A DNA stretch of 64,000 bases from a virus. Under the pieces are notes generated by a model. It was not told the origin of the DNA. It searched no databases and saw only the letters and a list, made by a program, of their open reading frames with translations. Of this stretch, positions 45,681 to 55,298 are shown one piece after another; within the stretch, counting starts at the first letter, position 1, and each line of letters starts with the position of its first letter. The position numbers and the translations under genes are program-made. The stretch covers positions 1 through 64,000 of IMG/VR virus record IMGVR_UViG_3300027708_000057. One strand, given 5' to 3'.

Positions 45681-46130
45681 TTAATGTGTTAAAATATATT
45701 GGCTCATTCGATATTTATCGAGAAGTGTTCCCGGGTTTAAATCATATGCGTTATGTTCATTATCTGCCCATTTCACACGCCGAGCAAAGTAATTATCTTT
45801 TGCGCGAAGAACTGCATTGATATATGGTTCTTCACTATGTTTGGTCAATGCATCAACGGCATCAGCAATGATAGAACCGAAACGACTATAAAGTTCATGA
45901 CGATCCACCCAACTAACATCTTCAATAGTGTCATGTAAAAGTGCTACTGTATACAAGATATCCCCCTCTAGAGTACTAAAGGGTTCGAACACTTTATCAC
46001 ATTTAGCCAAAACAATTTCTGCAGCCGCAATAGGATGAGTGATATAAGGAAGTCCAGAACCATTTCGTAATTGTCCTTGATGAGCAATTGTTGCAAATTC
46101 TAAAGCGTGTTCTTTGAGTGATTGTTTCAT
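45681..46130 (-). CDS. HD-domain (p)ppGpp hydrolase-like protein (Mesh1/SpoT-type)
   Basis: AH.GQ.R..G.PYI.HP, ALLHDTIED, VK.AD..HN. Confidence 0.88.
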   Translation of the reverse strand: MKQSLKEHALEFATIAHQGQLRNGSGLPYITHPIAAAEIVLAKCDKVFEPFSTLEGDILYTVALLHDTIEDVSWVDRHELYSRFGSIIADAVDALTKHSEEPYINAVLRAKDNYFARRVKWADNEHNAYDLNPGTLLDKYRMSQYILTH

Positions 46131-46131
46131 A

Positions 46132-46590
46132 TTAAAGTCGAATACTACTTTTCTTTAATTGTTCAAATTCTTCAAGAATATCAAATTCGTCGATATCCAC
46201 TGTTTCTGTATTCTTTTTCACGTAGAGATCCTTAACTAAATTACGCTCAGTCATGTGACGTTTGACAATCTTAGCAATCAAATTTTTGCGAGCAAGCAAG
46301 GTTTCTTCTGAAATTTCAGTCTCTGTCTTGATATGCTTTAGAATCTTCGGGGCTTTTGGAGTTTTTGGACTCTTCGTCTTTTTATAAGTCTTTTCAGCGA
46401 CGATTGCGCTTTCTACTGCATACTTGCCAGGACTTATTTTCTTAGAATTTCCAAGAAATAGTTCTCGAATAATACGGCCAGGCACCTTGAAAGTTTTCGC
46501 AGTATTAAATAGAAATACTGGCGAAAACCCCAAGTCAGAATTTGGGAGCGCCTTCAAATAGGTAATCATCGAATCGAATTTATTTTGCAT
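46132..46590 (-). CDS. Hypothetical protein
   Basis: 152-aa ORF. Confidence 0.6.
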   Translation of the reverse strand: MQNKFDSMITYLKALPNSDLGFSPVFLFNTAKTFKVPGRIIRELFLGNSKKISPGKYAVESAIVAEKTYKKTKSPKTPKAPKILKHIKTETEISEETLLARKNLIAKIVKRHMTERNLVKDLYVKKNTETVDIDEFDILEEFEQLKKSSIRL

Positions 46591-46626
46591 AATTTAGCTT
46601 TGGTTGTAGTATTGTTTTGAGATTTT

Positions 46627-46980
46627 TCAATAATCACAAACGGTTCCACGATTTGCAGGATTGGAATCCCATGCGAATTGCCGCGCCATATCCTCTTCTT
46701 GCCAAGCAACTGATCCATAAACCGAAAATGTTTCGGACCAAAGACCTGGAGAAATTGCACCCACATTCTTAATTCGAGTAACCAGCTTTTGAGCTTTTTT
46801 AATTTCTTCAAGATTGAATTGAATTCCCGAAAGAATATACCGACGACCATCCGAAGTGGTTGCACTAATAAACAAGGCTTTATCATATCTGTCACCATTC
46901 GGATTACCCATATCGGAATATTCCGAATCTGAGTCGAAAATATACTCGTCTTCAAATAGAACGACATCATGAATTCTCAT
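46627..46980 (-). CDS. Hypothetical early protein
   Basis: First ORF after a strong early promoter; W......YGS.A motif. Confidence 0.6.
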   Translation of the reverse strand: MRIHDVVLFEDEYIFDSDSEYSDMGNPNGDRYDKALFISATTSDGRRYILSGIQFNLEEIKKAQKLVTRIKNVGAISPGLWSETFSVYGSVAWQEEDMARQFAWDSNPANRGTVCDY

Positions 46981-47012
46981 GGTAGTGGTGTTTGAGGTTT
47001 CCGTACGGGCTC

Positions 47013-47042
47013 ACTATACCACAAAAACCAGTTCCTGTAAAC
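47013..47042 (-). promoter_or_regulatory. T4-like early promoter
   Basis: GTTTACA-N17-TATAGT with extended TGTGG before -10. Confidence 0.8.
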
Positions 47043-47185
47043 AAAAAAGTGTGTAAAAAGAGAAAATAATTTTGACCATTGATTTACAACGAGTTACGTC
47101 CAAAATTCCGAGTTTTTTCTATTCCTCAAAGAAAAGAGACGCAGTGGACGCATTTTCTGTGCTGGGAAACCAGATTCGAGGAGCG

Positions 47186-48280
47186 TTAGGAGAAGAATTG
47201 ATCTAAGGAGTTACGAATTTGTGATGCAATTGGAATGCTTGAGTCTTGTCCTGTCCAATATGGGTAGAACTCACGACTAAGATGAATTGATTTAGGAGTT
47301 TCCATATATGCAAAATCGAGTTCGCCACTTGCATTAATAAGGTAATTAGTCCATTTCTTAAAGGTAATAGTAGGATGAGAATCACATAGATTTTCAAGAG
47401 TATTATTAAATTCTGTCCGAACTGCATTTCGCTCAAGCCATGTTCCCCAAAATGGCTTTCCTTTATAGAACCCGGTCTTAGGAATCTTTCGAGATGGATT
47501 TTCAATAGGTAACAATTCATACAATACAATATTAGGAATTGTTAATTCTTTTGCGGCATTAAAATAGCGTGTTGCTAATTCCTTTGCATTATGAATATGA
47601 TTGCCTTCTAGACGGCATAGGTGATGGCGAACATCAATATTTCCAAAATAACATTCTAAATATTTAACTTCATTTAGCGGACGAATTTCTTCAACAAATG
47701 AACTTAATCCGCTGGTCAATGCACCATTCAATGTTTTAGACTTAACAGAGTTAACTGTCCAGCCTGGGCGATACATACAAATTGCGTGAGAATCACCAAT
47801 TACAACCTTATCAGTAATGTGAGGAAATGGAACACATTGCATAGATTCGACCATTTTACCCAGATTATCCATGTCTACATCATACCAACCTGGTTGAATA
47901 ACCCAAGTACCTTTAACTTCTGCTGAATGTAGCCTTCTTTTAAGAAGCGTATGATATTCTGGGCATTGTACTCCCAAAGAGTATACTTTTCCTTTAAATT
48001 TTGATACATTGATAACATTGGATAGATATAGAAATCCGTATACTCCATTATATAAATTTATAACTTTATTCCAATCAGATCCATGGTAAAGGAACATATC
48101 ATCAAACTCATTATGATTTGTTATTGTTTTAGCTCGCCAATCAATAACAACTTCATCATACTTACCAGATTGTTTGATCATATCAGCATAGATGACACCT
48201 AAGGCTGATCTATGAGAACCCAATATAGATGTAATTGGAACAAACGGACATGTAACTAGTGCTCTTCTTGTAGTAGTCAT
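47186..48280 (-). CDS. Hypothetical protein with SGNH-like C-terminal domain in the DNA-modification cluster
   Basis: VIGDSH, FGNID, SIHL; likely start MTTTRR. Confidence 0.55.
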   Translation of the reverse strand: MTTTRRALVTCPFVPITSILGSHRSALGVIYADMIKQSGKYDEVVIDWRAKTITNHNEFDDMFLYHGSDWNKVINLYNGVYGFLYLSNVINVSKFKGKVYSLGVQCPEYHTLLKRRLHSAEVKGTWVIQPGWYDVDMDNLGKMVESMQCVPFPHITDKVVIGDSHAICMYRPGWTVNSVKSKTLNGALTSGLSSFVEEIRPLNEVKYLECYFGNIDVRHHLCRLEGNHIHNAKELATRYFNAAKELTIPNIVLYELLPIENPSRKIPKTGFYKGKPFWGTWLERNAVRTEFNNTLENLCDSHPTITFKKWTNYLINASGELDFAYMETPKSIHLSREFYPYWTGQDSSIPIASQIRNSLDQFFS

Positions 48281-48285
48281 ATATG

Positions 48286-49491
48286 TTAGGAAAATATTAG
48301 AGTAGCATATGTCCAATCTGAATATTGAGGAAGTTCCTTTACCTTTTTTATATATTGGATAGGGGTTAATCCAGCAGATCGTATTACTTGATCTGAGAAA
48401 AATCCTCCAGAAAGATTATTAAAAGATTTTACCAATCCTAAATCCAGCATAGCCTTTTGCCTGCCGTATGGATGAATAAGTTTACTTGAATTCCATAAAG
48501 TATCACCATCAATATGATTATAATCAGAACCTGAACGGTAATAATTTGTAATGTATCGAATAAAATCACAAGCAACATCTTCTGCATTATAAGGCTCTGA
48601 CCCAGTATCTTCAAAGATTTGCATCATAATAGCATCCAACAAATCATCTGTTTTCATTTTAACCTTAGTTTTTGCAAGGTATGAAATACATTCTGTTGCA
48701 TTACTACCATAATAAAATAAAGAATTTCGATTAACATACTGAGGAAACCAATCTGCAATATCAGAGATTGTTGCTGCATACTGGAAGAAGTATTTTCTAA
48801 GACCATTCTTAACATTCCAATCTAGCATAAAAGTACCAATCTCACGCAGGTCTTTTTTATTACCCTTTACCAACCAATCTGCTAATTCTCTTGCAAGACG
48901 AGGAGCATACTCACATAAGTAATAATCACCACCCCGTTTATATTCGGATGGTGGTTTAGGAAATGCTGGAAATTGATATCCAACTGAAGAATAAAAAGAA
49001 TTCTTTTCGTTTTTAATCATATGACACATCTTTTCAATACTATCGGCTCGATAAAGTTTTGATAATATTGTATTGTAATACCCCGACGGTCTTAATGAAT
49101 AATTAATACCTGAGCCACATACACGATGTAAAATGAATATGTATAGCCATTCAGGTAAACCAAACTGTGATTGTTTGCCGGTCCAATCATGTGCTATAAC
49201 ATTCCTCTGTTCACAATAAAGACCGGCGCTCATCTTTTTCCAATACGGATGATCTTCTGACCAACCATAAAAACAATCATGTATAATCTGTGAAAATCCT
49301 GCATATGATCTTTCAACAACATCATATAACTCAATCTGCTCCATAAGGTCATCTCCTATACCAGATTGAGCATGTGGAATCATTCCATACGGAGGATCTT
49401 GTGAAACATTACATTTCTTCTGTTGTTCCTTGGCGAAATTATAATAACGAATAAATTCATTATAATATTCAGTTTTTTCAATTAAAGACAT
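48286..49491 (-). CDS. Putative aGPT-Pplase / amino acid:DNA transferase-like base-modification enzyme
   Basis: C-terminal NAEDVACDFIRY resembles the family's E..LCE..KY motif; lies next to the hydroxymethylase. Confidence 0.5.
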   Translation of the reverse strand: MSLIEKTEYYNEFIRYYNFAKEQQKKCNVSQDPPYGMIPHAQSGIGDDLMEQIELYDVVERSYAGFSQIIHDCFYGWSEDHPYWKKMSAGLYCEQRNVIAHDWTGKQSQFGLPEWLYIFILHRVCGSGINYSLRPSGYYNTILSKLYRADSIEKMCHMIKNEKNSFYSSVGYQFPAFPKPPSEYKRGGDYYLCEYAPRLARELADWLVKGNKKDLREIGTFMLDWNVKNGLRKYFFQYAATISDIADWFPQYVNRNSLFYYGSNATECISYLAKTKVKMKTDDLLDAIMMQIFEDTGSEPYNAEDVACDFIRYITNYYRSGSDYNHIDGDTLWNSSKLIHPYGRQKAMLDLGLVKSFNNLSGGFFSDQVIRSAGLTPIQYIKKVKELPQYSDWTYATLIFS

Positions 49492-49492
49492 A

Positions 49493-49843
49493 TTAATCTT
49501 TTTTGTAAGGGCGATTTAGAAAATCATGATCTAGATTTTGACCATTAATCTTTCCACGAGAATATGCAATTGCGAAAGATAGGTAATTAATTGCATCCTT
49601 AAAACTGTCTTCAAAAGATTCAAAATTAGGTTCATATGTAGGATCATTTGTCATGGCTTCAATAACAGATCGAGCTCTAAGAATCTTAGCATGTACAATA
49701 TCAACAATTGTAGATACACCATTGAGATAGTAGTCGGCTTGTTTAATCCGCGAATATGGATTTTGATAATCTCGAGATTTTAATTTTTGAGTCTCAATAC
49801 ATTCTTTGAGAACTGTTACAGATTCAGCTTGAATTTGATTCAT
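49493..49843 (-). CDS. Nucleotide-modification-associated domain protein (Nmad1/DUF1599-like)
   Basis: K..DY, K..R, ES.EDS..D.INY. Confidence 0.7.
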   Translation of the reverse strand: MNQIQAESVTVLKECIETQKLKSRDYQNPYSRIKQADYYLNGVSTIVDIVHAKILRARSVIEAMTNDPTYEPNFESFEDSFKDAINYLSFAIAYSRGKINGQNLDHDFLNRPYKKD

Positions 49844-49891
49844 TTAGTTTTAGTTATAGAGATTTTAAGAAGCGATTTGGGACTCTTAGGT

Positions 49892-50596
49892 TCAACAATA
49901 TGTGATATTATTTACTAAGTAAAGATAGTCTTCAATATATTTGAAATGACGTTCATATAAATGTAGTGATCCTACCTGCCAAGTAATGTTCCCTTTTAAG
50001 AGAGGATTATCTCCATTAACTCCATTGTAATCACTAATAAGAGAATTAAGCATATATTCCTGCCATGCATAATCATTGGCATATCCGAAGATGAGATCAT
50101 TGCTCCTCATTTGCACAACTGCATGCATTTTACTACTACGAATTAGATATTGAACAGTATTTGTGCAAATAAAATCAGACATACCATCCTTATTATAATC
50201 AGTATGCATGGTAGGCCTTGTGTAAATCATGACAGCACGACGACTATGGGGATTAATAAGCAGTTCGTTAAGAACGTTTATATATTGATCTCCGTTTTTA
50301 TATGAATCAACAAGGTATCCATAATTCGAATTGATGAGACCTTCAGGAGATGCGACTTCTTGCCAAATCTTAGGCGTAACACCGCGAATATCATTCACGT
50401 TAAGAGATTGAGATTGATACCATTCAAGTTCTCTCGCAATATATTCTATATTAGGTTTACCAAAAATAGCCGGTTCATCTGCAATAAAACTTGTACCAAC
50501 CAATTCAATAGTTTTTACTCCGCTCTTATCAATTACAAATTCACTTGTTTGATACTTTACTAATAATTGGCGTCGTATTGATTCTACATTATCCAT
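49892..50596 (-). CDS. gp42: dCMP hydroxymethylase (thymidylate synthase family)
   Basis: INSNYG, SRRA, GMSDFICT, MRSNDLIFGYANDYAWQ (Asp at the E. coli TS Asn177 position, as in T4 gp42), GSLHLYERHF. Confidence 0.88.
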   Translation of the reverse strand: MDNVESIRRQLLVKYQTSEFVIDKSGVKTIELVGTSFIADEPAIFGKPNIEYIARELEWYQSQSLNVNDIRGVTPKIWQEVASPEGLINSNYGYLVDSYKNGDQYINVLNELLINPHSRRAVMIYTRPTMHTDYNKDGMSDFICTNTVQYLIRSSKMHAVVQMRSNDLIFGYANDYAWQEYMLNSLISDYNGVNGDNPLLKGNITWQVGSLHLYERHFKYIEDYLYLVNNITYC

Positions 50597-50607
50597 ATGT
50601 ATTTAAT

Positions 50608-50637
50608 ATTATACGTTATTTTTATCTAATAGTAAAC
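50608..50637 (-). promoter_or_regulatory. Early promoter
   Basis: GTTTACT-N17-TATAAT. Confidence 0.7.
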
Positions 50638-50773
50638 AACAAAAACGAAAATAATTGACTCACTACTATAAACAAGCGGCTTAGGAAGATGGTAAAAATC
50701 CATGAGACTTTCAATTCCTTTATCTTATCGGATATTCTACTGTAGATGGTTGTAAGTTGTCTCAAACTATGGG

Positions 50774-51715
50774 TTATAACGACTTACACACGAAAGCTAG
50801 CGCTCTAACTGCCTCAGTTTCGAGAGGCCGATTTTTGTACCATCCACCAGTGGCTGTATCAATTTCCGAACAAAGAACAGCAATCTCGTGTGATGAAATT
50901 GGATACCCTCGGCGCATAGCCGATGATGCGATTGACACCATTATCTGATACATCTTGCTATACCAACCTGTTTCTGATATATGTCGATATTCAGCAATGA
51001 GTGTATGATTGACGAAAGGACAATCTAAGTATGACTTCCAAGAATATGATGTATTAGTCAGTTTCTCTTTTCGATATGCAATAATTCGTTCACGTATTTC
51101 TGGTGATAGACTATCCACTAATGAGTTTGAACTCATAGAAATGAATGGATGGGTTTCCATTAGCTCATTAGGATTAATCATAGAAGCATCCTTATGAGAG
51201 AATATGAATTGGTATGAATCTGGATATTGTGCCGGGATGTAGTACATTCTAGATAAATCCTTTGTTTGTGGATCACTCAATGATTTAAATTCCTTATTCA
51301 ATGCATATACGAAATGACGAATTTTATTTGCAGGAACAGATGATAGTAAAGGAAGTACTACTCGAAATTTTGGTTTTTTGTATGTACTAGAAGATGTTGA
51401 ATAACATACAAACCTATTTGTTTTAAATACAGCAACAGCATCTTCAAAAGGTGTATCATAATTATCAACATCCATACATGCCCATGACGCCCATTCTAAA
51501 ACATTTTCATTTTTTCGGGTAGTACCTTCTTTAAAGATAGCCGGAGTAATTAAAGGAGATGCATTTTTAATGCGCTCTCCCTTTTTAGGTTTATATCCTG
51601 GTTCTTTAGATAGGTTATACAACAAAGTCTCAAACATATCCCAGGAATTAAAATCCATACGTCGATGGGTTTTATTATCAAAGATTGACGTAAAGATTGT
51701 TAATGAATACTTCAT
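50774..51715 (-). CDS. AEP-superfamily primase-polymerase-like protein
   Basis: ACMDVD, YST.SS....PKFRVVLPL, D....D.SR.YY.P. Confidence 0.7.
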   Translation of the reverse strand: MKYSLTIFTSIFDNKTHRRMDFNSWDMFETLLYNLSKEPGYKPKKGERIKNASPLITPAIFKEGTTRKNENVLEWASWACMDVDNYDTPFEDAVAVFKTNRFVCYSTSSSTYKKPKFRVVLPLLSSVPANKIRHFVYALNKEFKSLSDPQTKDLSRMYYIPAQYPDSYQFIFSHKDASMINPNELMETHPFISMSSNSLVDSLSPEIRERIIAYRKEKLTNTSYSWKSYLDCPFVNHTLIAEYRHISETGWYSKMYQIMVSIASSAMRRGYPISSHEIAVLCSEIDTATGGWYKNRPLETEAVRALAFVCKSL

Positions 51716-51716
51716 A

Positions 51717-52223
51717 TTAGGTTGTATGATTTAGAGCAGTTTGAATTACTCCCAAGTTATCTTTATGACAAGGAGCCTGCCACCCAAACTCCTTGATAAG
51801 ATCCGGTAATGAAAGTGGATTTGGTCTACTTGCTTTAATACCTACTTTTTTATTCATATTAGCAATCAATACTTTATTCCAGGCTGTTCTAAAGTCAACT
51901 CCAAGAAGATCTAACGTGCCTACGGCAACAACAACGAGGTCAATAATGCTATCAACAACTCCGTCTCCATCTTTGTCATCAATCGCTTTAAACCCTTCTG
52001 TAACTTCCTCTTGAAGGAATCGGAAGCGGAATGAAATAAATTCCTTAAGTTGTTCTGGACTAAGTTTTTCCATCGCTTGATGAATACCATAATAAGAGTG
52101 CATAAGATTCATATCATCTTGTACTACTCCTGGATTAATAATACTATTCTCATATTCATCATTTCTGATAAATGCTTCTTTTTTGTAACCCCATTTTATT
52201 TGTGCTTGTTCAATTGTCATCAT
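51717..52223 (-). CDS. MazG-like all-alpha NTP pyrophosphatase
   Basis: FLQEEVTE...DGVVDSIIDL, V..ANM.K, DL.K..GW..P; start MMTIEQ follows a promoter. Confidence 0.8.
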   Translation of the reverse strand: MMTIEQAQIKWGYKKEAFIRNDEYENSIINPGVVQDDMNLMHSYYGIHQAMEKLSPEQLKEFISFRFRFLQEEVTEGFKAIDDKDGDGVVDSIIDLVVVAVGTLDLLGVDFRTAWNKVLIANMNKKVGIKASRPNPLSLPDLIKEFGWQAPCHKDNLGVIQTALNHTT

Positions 52224-52229
52224 ATAGAT

Positions 52230-52258
52230 ATTATATATTTTATTATAGTGTTTGTAAA
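52230..52258 (-). promoter_or_regulatory. Sigma70-like promoter
   Basis: TTTACA-N17-TATAAT. Confidence 0.7.
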
Positions 52259-52269
52259 TATAAAAGATA

Positions 52270-53597
52270 TTAACAAAAGAAATCACTAAGATCAGATAAT
52301 GGTATAGCCTTCCAGTTAATTGCGTCCAAAATTAATTGTAATGGGGAGATAAATGTCTTTTCGAATAATAAATCTCTATCTACATATTTGTCAAGATCAA
52401 ATTCTGTTGGAAGTTTATCAAGGAACGCAATTACGTTTTCTCCTGTAGGATTGCCTTTACGAAGGAAGATATATTTAATACGATCACCTCCTTTAATATA
52501 TTGGTGCTTGTTTGTCAATCCCATAGTTTTTATTAAGTGATTATACATGATAGATGCCCTACTATTCATAGGGGTTCCTTTGATATATGGAACTTTAATT
52601 CCATTTGCTCCTACCTTTTGAATATATTTTTTAATATTAGTAAGACCACGAGGAAATGCAATCTTTTCAATTGGTTCTTGTTCAAACTCTTCTCGAAATC
52701 GTTCCACCTCTGTCTGAATTTCCAATTCAGATGCTGCCATAAGAAGTTTAAATAACTTTTTAAATTCAGTTCGACAAATCTTAGGTGTTGAAGATTTAAT
52801 AGCCTCAATACCTTTCATAACAAGTTTAGGTTCTTTATAGACTACCCCTTCACTTGAAATTACATTGAATATGTATCTTTTTTTCGCTTGGATAATTCCA
52901 ACAGAACAAATTTTTTCTGTTTTCATAACCATAGTGTTCTTATATGTATTAACTTTCAAAGCTAATTCAGAATATGCTTTTTCAATAACAGGTTCTAAAG
53001 CACTTCTTCCAAAATCTAAAAGAAATTGATGAGGATCTCTTGGCTTGCATTTATCAACGACATCTCCGAGATGAGTGGCAATTGAATCAGTGTCGGACAT
53101 AAGGATTCGATCATTAAAAGTAGAATCTTTTAATGAGGTTGATAAGAAATTATTTACGGCATGTTCAGCTGTTTGTACTGCTAATTGACCAGATAACGTA
53201 ATAGCTTCTGCAATGTCAATATTATAATATCGGAAAAACCTATTTGAAAATGCTCCATAGCAGGAATTTAATCATTTATGTTAAGTATGATTCGTTAATT
53301 TCATACTCAGTATTACTACTGCTTATAGTTTCCTATAAGATCAGACTATATCTTCAACTCAGAGAGTTGTCATGCGCTTCCACTCACTTGAGTGTACTCC
53401 TTACGGATAGTCGTTGCACCTTCTATTTCTAGCTTGGCTCAGGATTAGCATATTAAAGCCTTCCCTGAATTCACATGAAGTTTACCTCTATATTGCTATA
53501 GAGGGTCCCATTAGTTTAGGATTTTAAGACCCATTTGTTCATTATTAAGTCGATCAATTTCAATTTCCAATTCTCTTTTTCTTTTTTCTATATTCAT
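52270..53597 (-). CDS. gp43: DNA polymerase, C-terminal subunit (gp43B), spliced: join(53597..53518, 53272..52270)
   Basis: After intron removal reads MNIEKRK...QMGLKILLNSCYGAFSNRFFRYY...AEAITLSGQL...SDTDS...KKRY...KGIEAIKSSTP. Confidence 0.92.
53273..53517 (-). ncRNA. Group I intron (245 nt, no ORF) in polymerase motif B
   Basis: Core elements GAAUUCAGGGAAG, AAUCCUGAGCCAAG, GUGCAACGACUA, AAGAUAUAGUCUG; 5' exon ends in U paired to GGGA (P1); intron ends in G; excision restores KILLNSCYG. Confidence 0.93.
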
Positions 53598-53797
53598 ATT
53601 ATTTTGTTTACGTTTTTCAAAATGATACCTGGTCATATTGCTAACTTTACTATGACAGTCGCAATGGGGACTTATCATTAACTTTAAATTTCTAGGATTA
53701 TGCAGATACGGTGTGGTTTTTTAATATGATTTAGAGACATATCTGGGCATAATATGATGCTTTTATAAAAACACATCATACTAAATTCTCTATATGG
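53598..53797 (-). pseudogene. Homing endonuclease remnant between gp43A and gp43B
   Basis: Fragments KHHIMPR and PHCDCHSKVSNMTRYHFEK remain. Confidence 0.6.
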
Positions 53798-53799
53798 GA

Positions 53800-55293
53800 T
53801 TATTTTAACAATTCTAATTCTTTCTGAGCTTCAATCATTCGTCTCTTTACAAGAACTCTATTCATATAGATATCTTCCATAAGAGCTCCAAGAAACCCCT
53901 GTTTATCTCGTTTAAAGCAACAACCATTTGCTGCTATTGCTAAGTTTTCCTCAGGAGACCATTGTTTTCTATCAATATTTTCTAATATCTTTTCTGGTGT
54001 AATTCCCGGAACTTTCATATGAGGTACAATAGTTTCTGGGCTCATATTATATTGAATGATAGTATTTGGATATAGACTATTTAAATCATATGTCATTACC
54101 CAATCAAACCGGCCTTTGTGAGCTTCTTTAACATAACCTCCTTCATATTCAGTTTTAAAAGAAACTTCATTTTGAGGAATTGCAATACGTTTATTAGCAA
54201 GATATCTAAAGATAATAGCATCCCAAATTGCAACAGTTCCTAATGTATCATTATAATTAGTACCTGCATAATATGATAAAGTAAATACTAGATTGATTGT
54301 TCCTAGCTTTTCTTCAAGCTTTGTAATAAGTTCAATATCGACGAGATTGTATGAACAGTAGAAATCATAATCCTTTTCATATAGTTCAGTAAGATTTGAA
54401 TAGCCAGATTCTCCATAATTAATCTTACCTTCTCCAAGGACGAGATCGGCAATAAAATCTAGCTTGTGTGACTCTTGTTTACCGTAAGTATTTAAACTGA
54501 ATTTAATAAATAAATCAAGATAATCTAATTGTTGAACTCCACTGATATCAAAGAATGTACAGTCCTTGCCAGTTTTATCTATCTTAGTTCTTTGAGAAAT
54601 ATTATTCCATGGAGATAATCTTTTAGCTTCATCTGATCCTAAAACTCTTGATAATCGATTGATTAAATATGGAACATCATATAATTTTGTATTCCATCCA
54701 GTAATTACATCAGGTGTATTCATGGGGTCAGACCACCATGTAATAAAATCTGATAACATTTCGTGTTCAGAATCAAATTCTCTACGCTCAAGATTAATAT
54801 GAGGAACTAGAGACTTGTCTTGATCGAAATGTTTTGTCCCCCACTGAATATAATGAGAATGAGTAGATGCTTTCAAACCGATGAGAGTAATTTCTTGATC
54901 GGCAACTGTAGACTCCGTAAATTCTCCCGTAGAAGAAACCATATTTTCTATATCTAGGAAGCAAATCTCAATTCTGCTTGACTTAAATTGAATCTTATCT
55001 GGAAACTTTTCTTGAATATATGATATGATATGCCGATCATTTCCATAAATCTTAAAAGACTTGATATCTTCATAAGTCTTTTGAAAGTTTCTACAATCAC
55101 TCATTGACTCAAATTTCATTTCTTCAACTGGTGTACCTTCAAGTGTATGCCAAAGAGTATCTGAACTTTTTGCTTCGAGATACATTGTAGGCTTATACTT
55201 GATTTTATTGTAAATCTTTCGTCCATCTGCATCATATCCTCTATAGAGAATATTATTCATATGGCGGTCAACACAAGTGTAAAATTCAATCAT
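53800..55293 (-). CDS. gp43: DNA polymerase, N-terminal subunit (gp43A: exonuclease plus motif A)
   Basis: FLDIE, TGWN...YD.PY, YN..D, YEGGYVKE, YDLNSLYP; stops in the fingers domain. Confidence 0.96.
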   Translation of the reverse strand: MIEFYTCVDRHMNNILYRGYDADGRKIYNKIKYKPTMYLEAKSSDTLWHTLEGTPVEEMKFESMSDCRNFQKTYEDIKSFKIYGNDRHIISYIQEKFPDKIQFKSSRIEICFLDIENMVSSTGEFTESTVADQEITLIGLKASTHSHYIQWGTKHFDQDKSLVPHINLERREFDSEHEMLSDFITWWSDPMNTPDVITGWNTKLYDVPYLINRLSRVLGSDEAKRLSPWNNISQRTKIDKTGKDCTFFDISGVQQLDYLDLFIKFSLNTYGKQESHKLDFIADLVLGEGKINYGESGYSNLTELYEKDYDFYCSYNLVDIELITKLEEKLGTINLVFTLSYYAGTNYNDTLGTVAIWDAIIFRYLANKRIAIPQNEVSFKTEYEGGYVKEAHKGRFDWVMTYDLNSLYPNTIIQYNMSPETIVPHMKVPGITPEKILENIDRKQWSPEENLAIAANGCCFKRDKQGFLGALMEDIYMNRVLVKRRMIEAQKELELLK

Positions 55294-55298
55294 GTGTT

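Noticed and set aside
46566-46970. 134-aa alternative-frame ORF
   Set aside because: Overlaps the better-placed ORF 46627..46980 on the same strand and has no recognisable motif.
49892-50596. Canonical thymidylate synthase or dUMP hydroxymethylase
   Set aside because: Asp at the specificity position and gp42-like motifs indicate a dCMP substrate.
53244-53432. Plus-strand 62-aa ORF
   Set aside because: Antisense to the group I intron.
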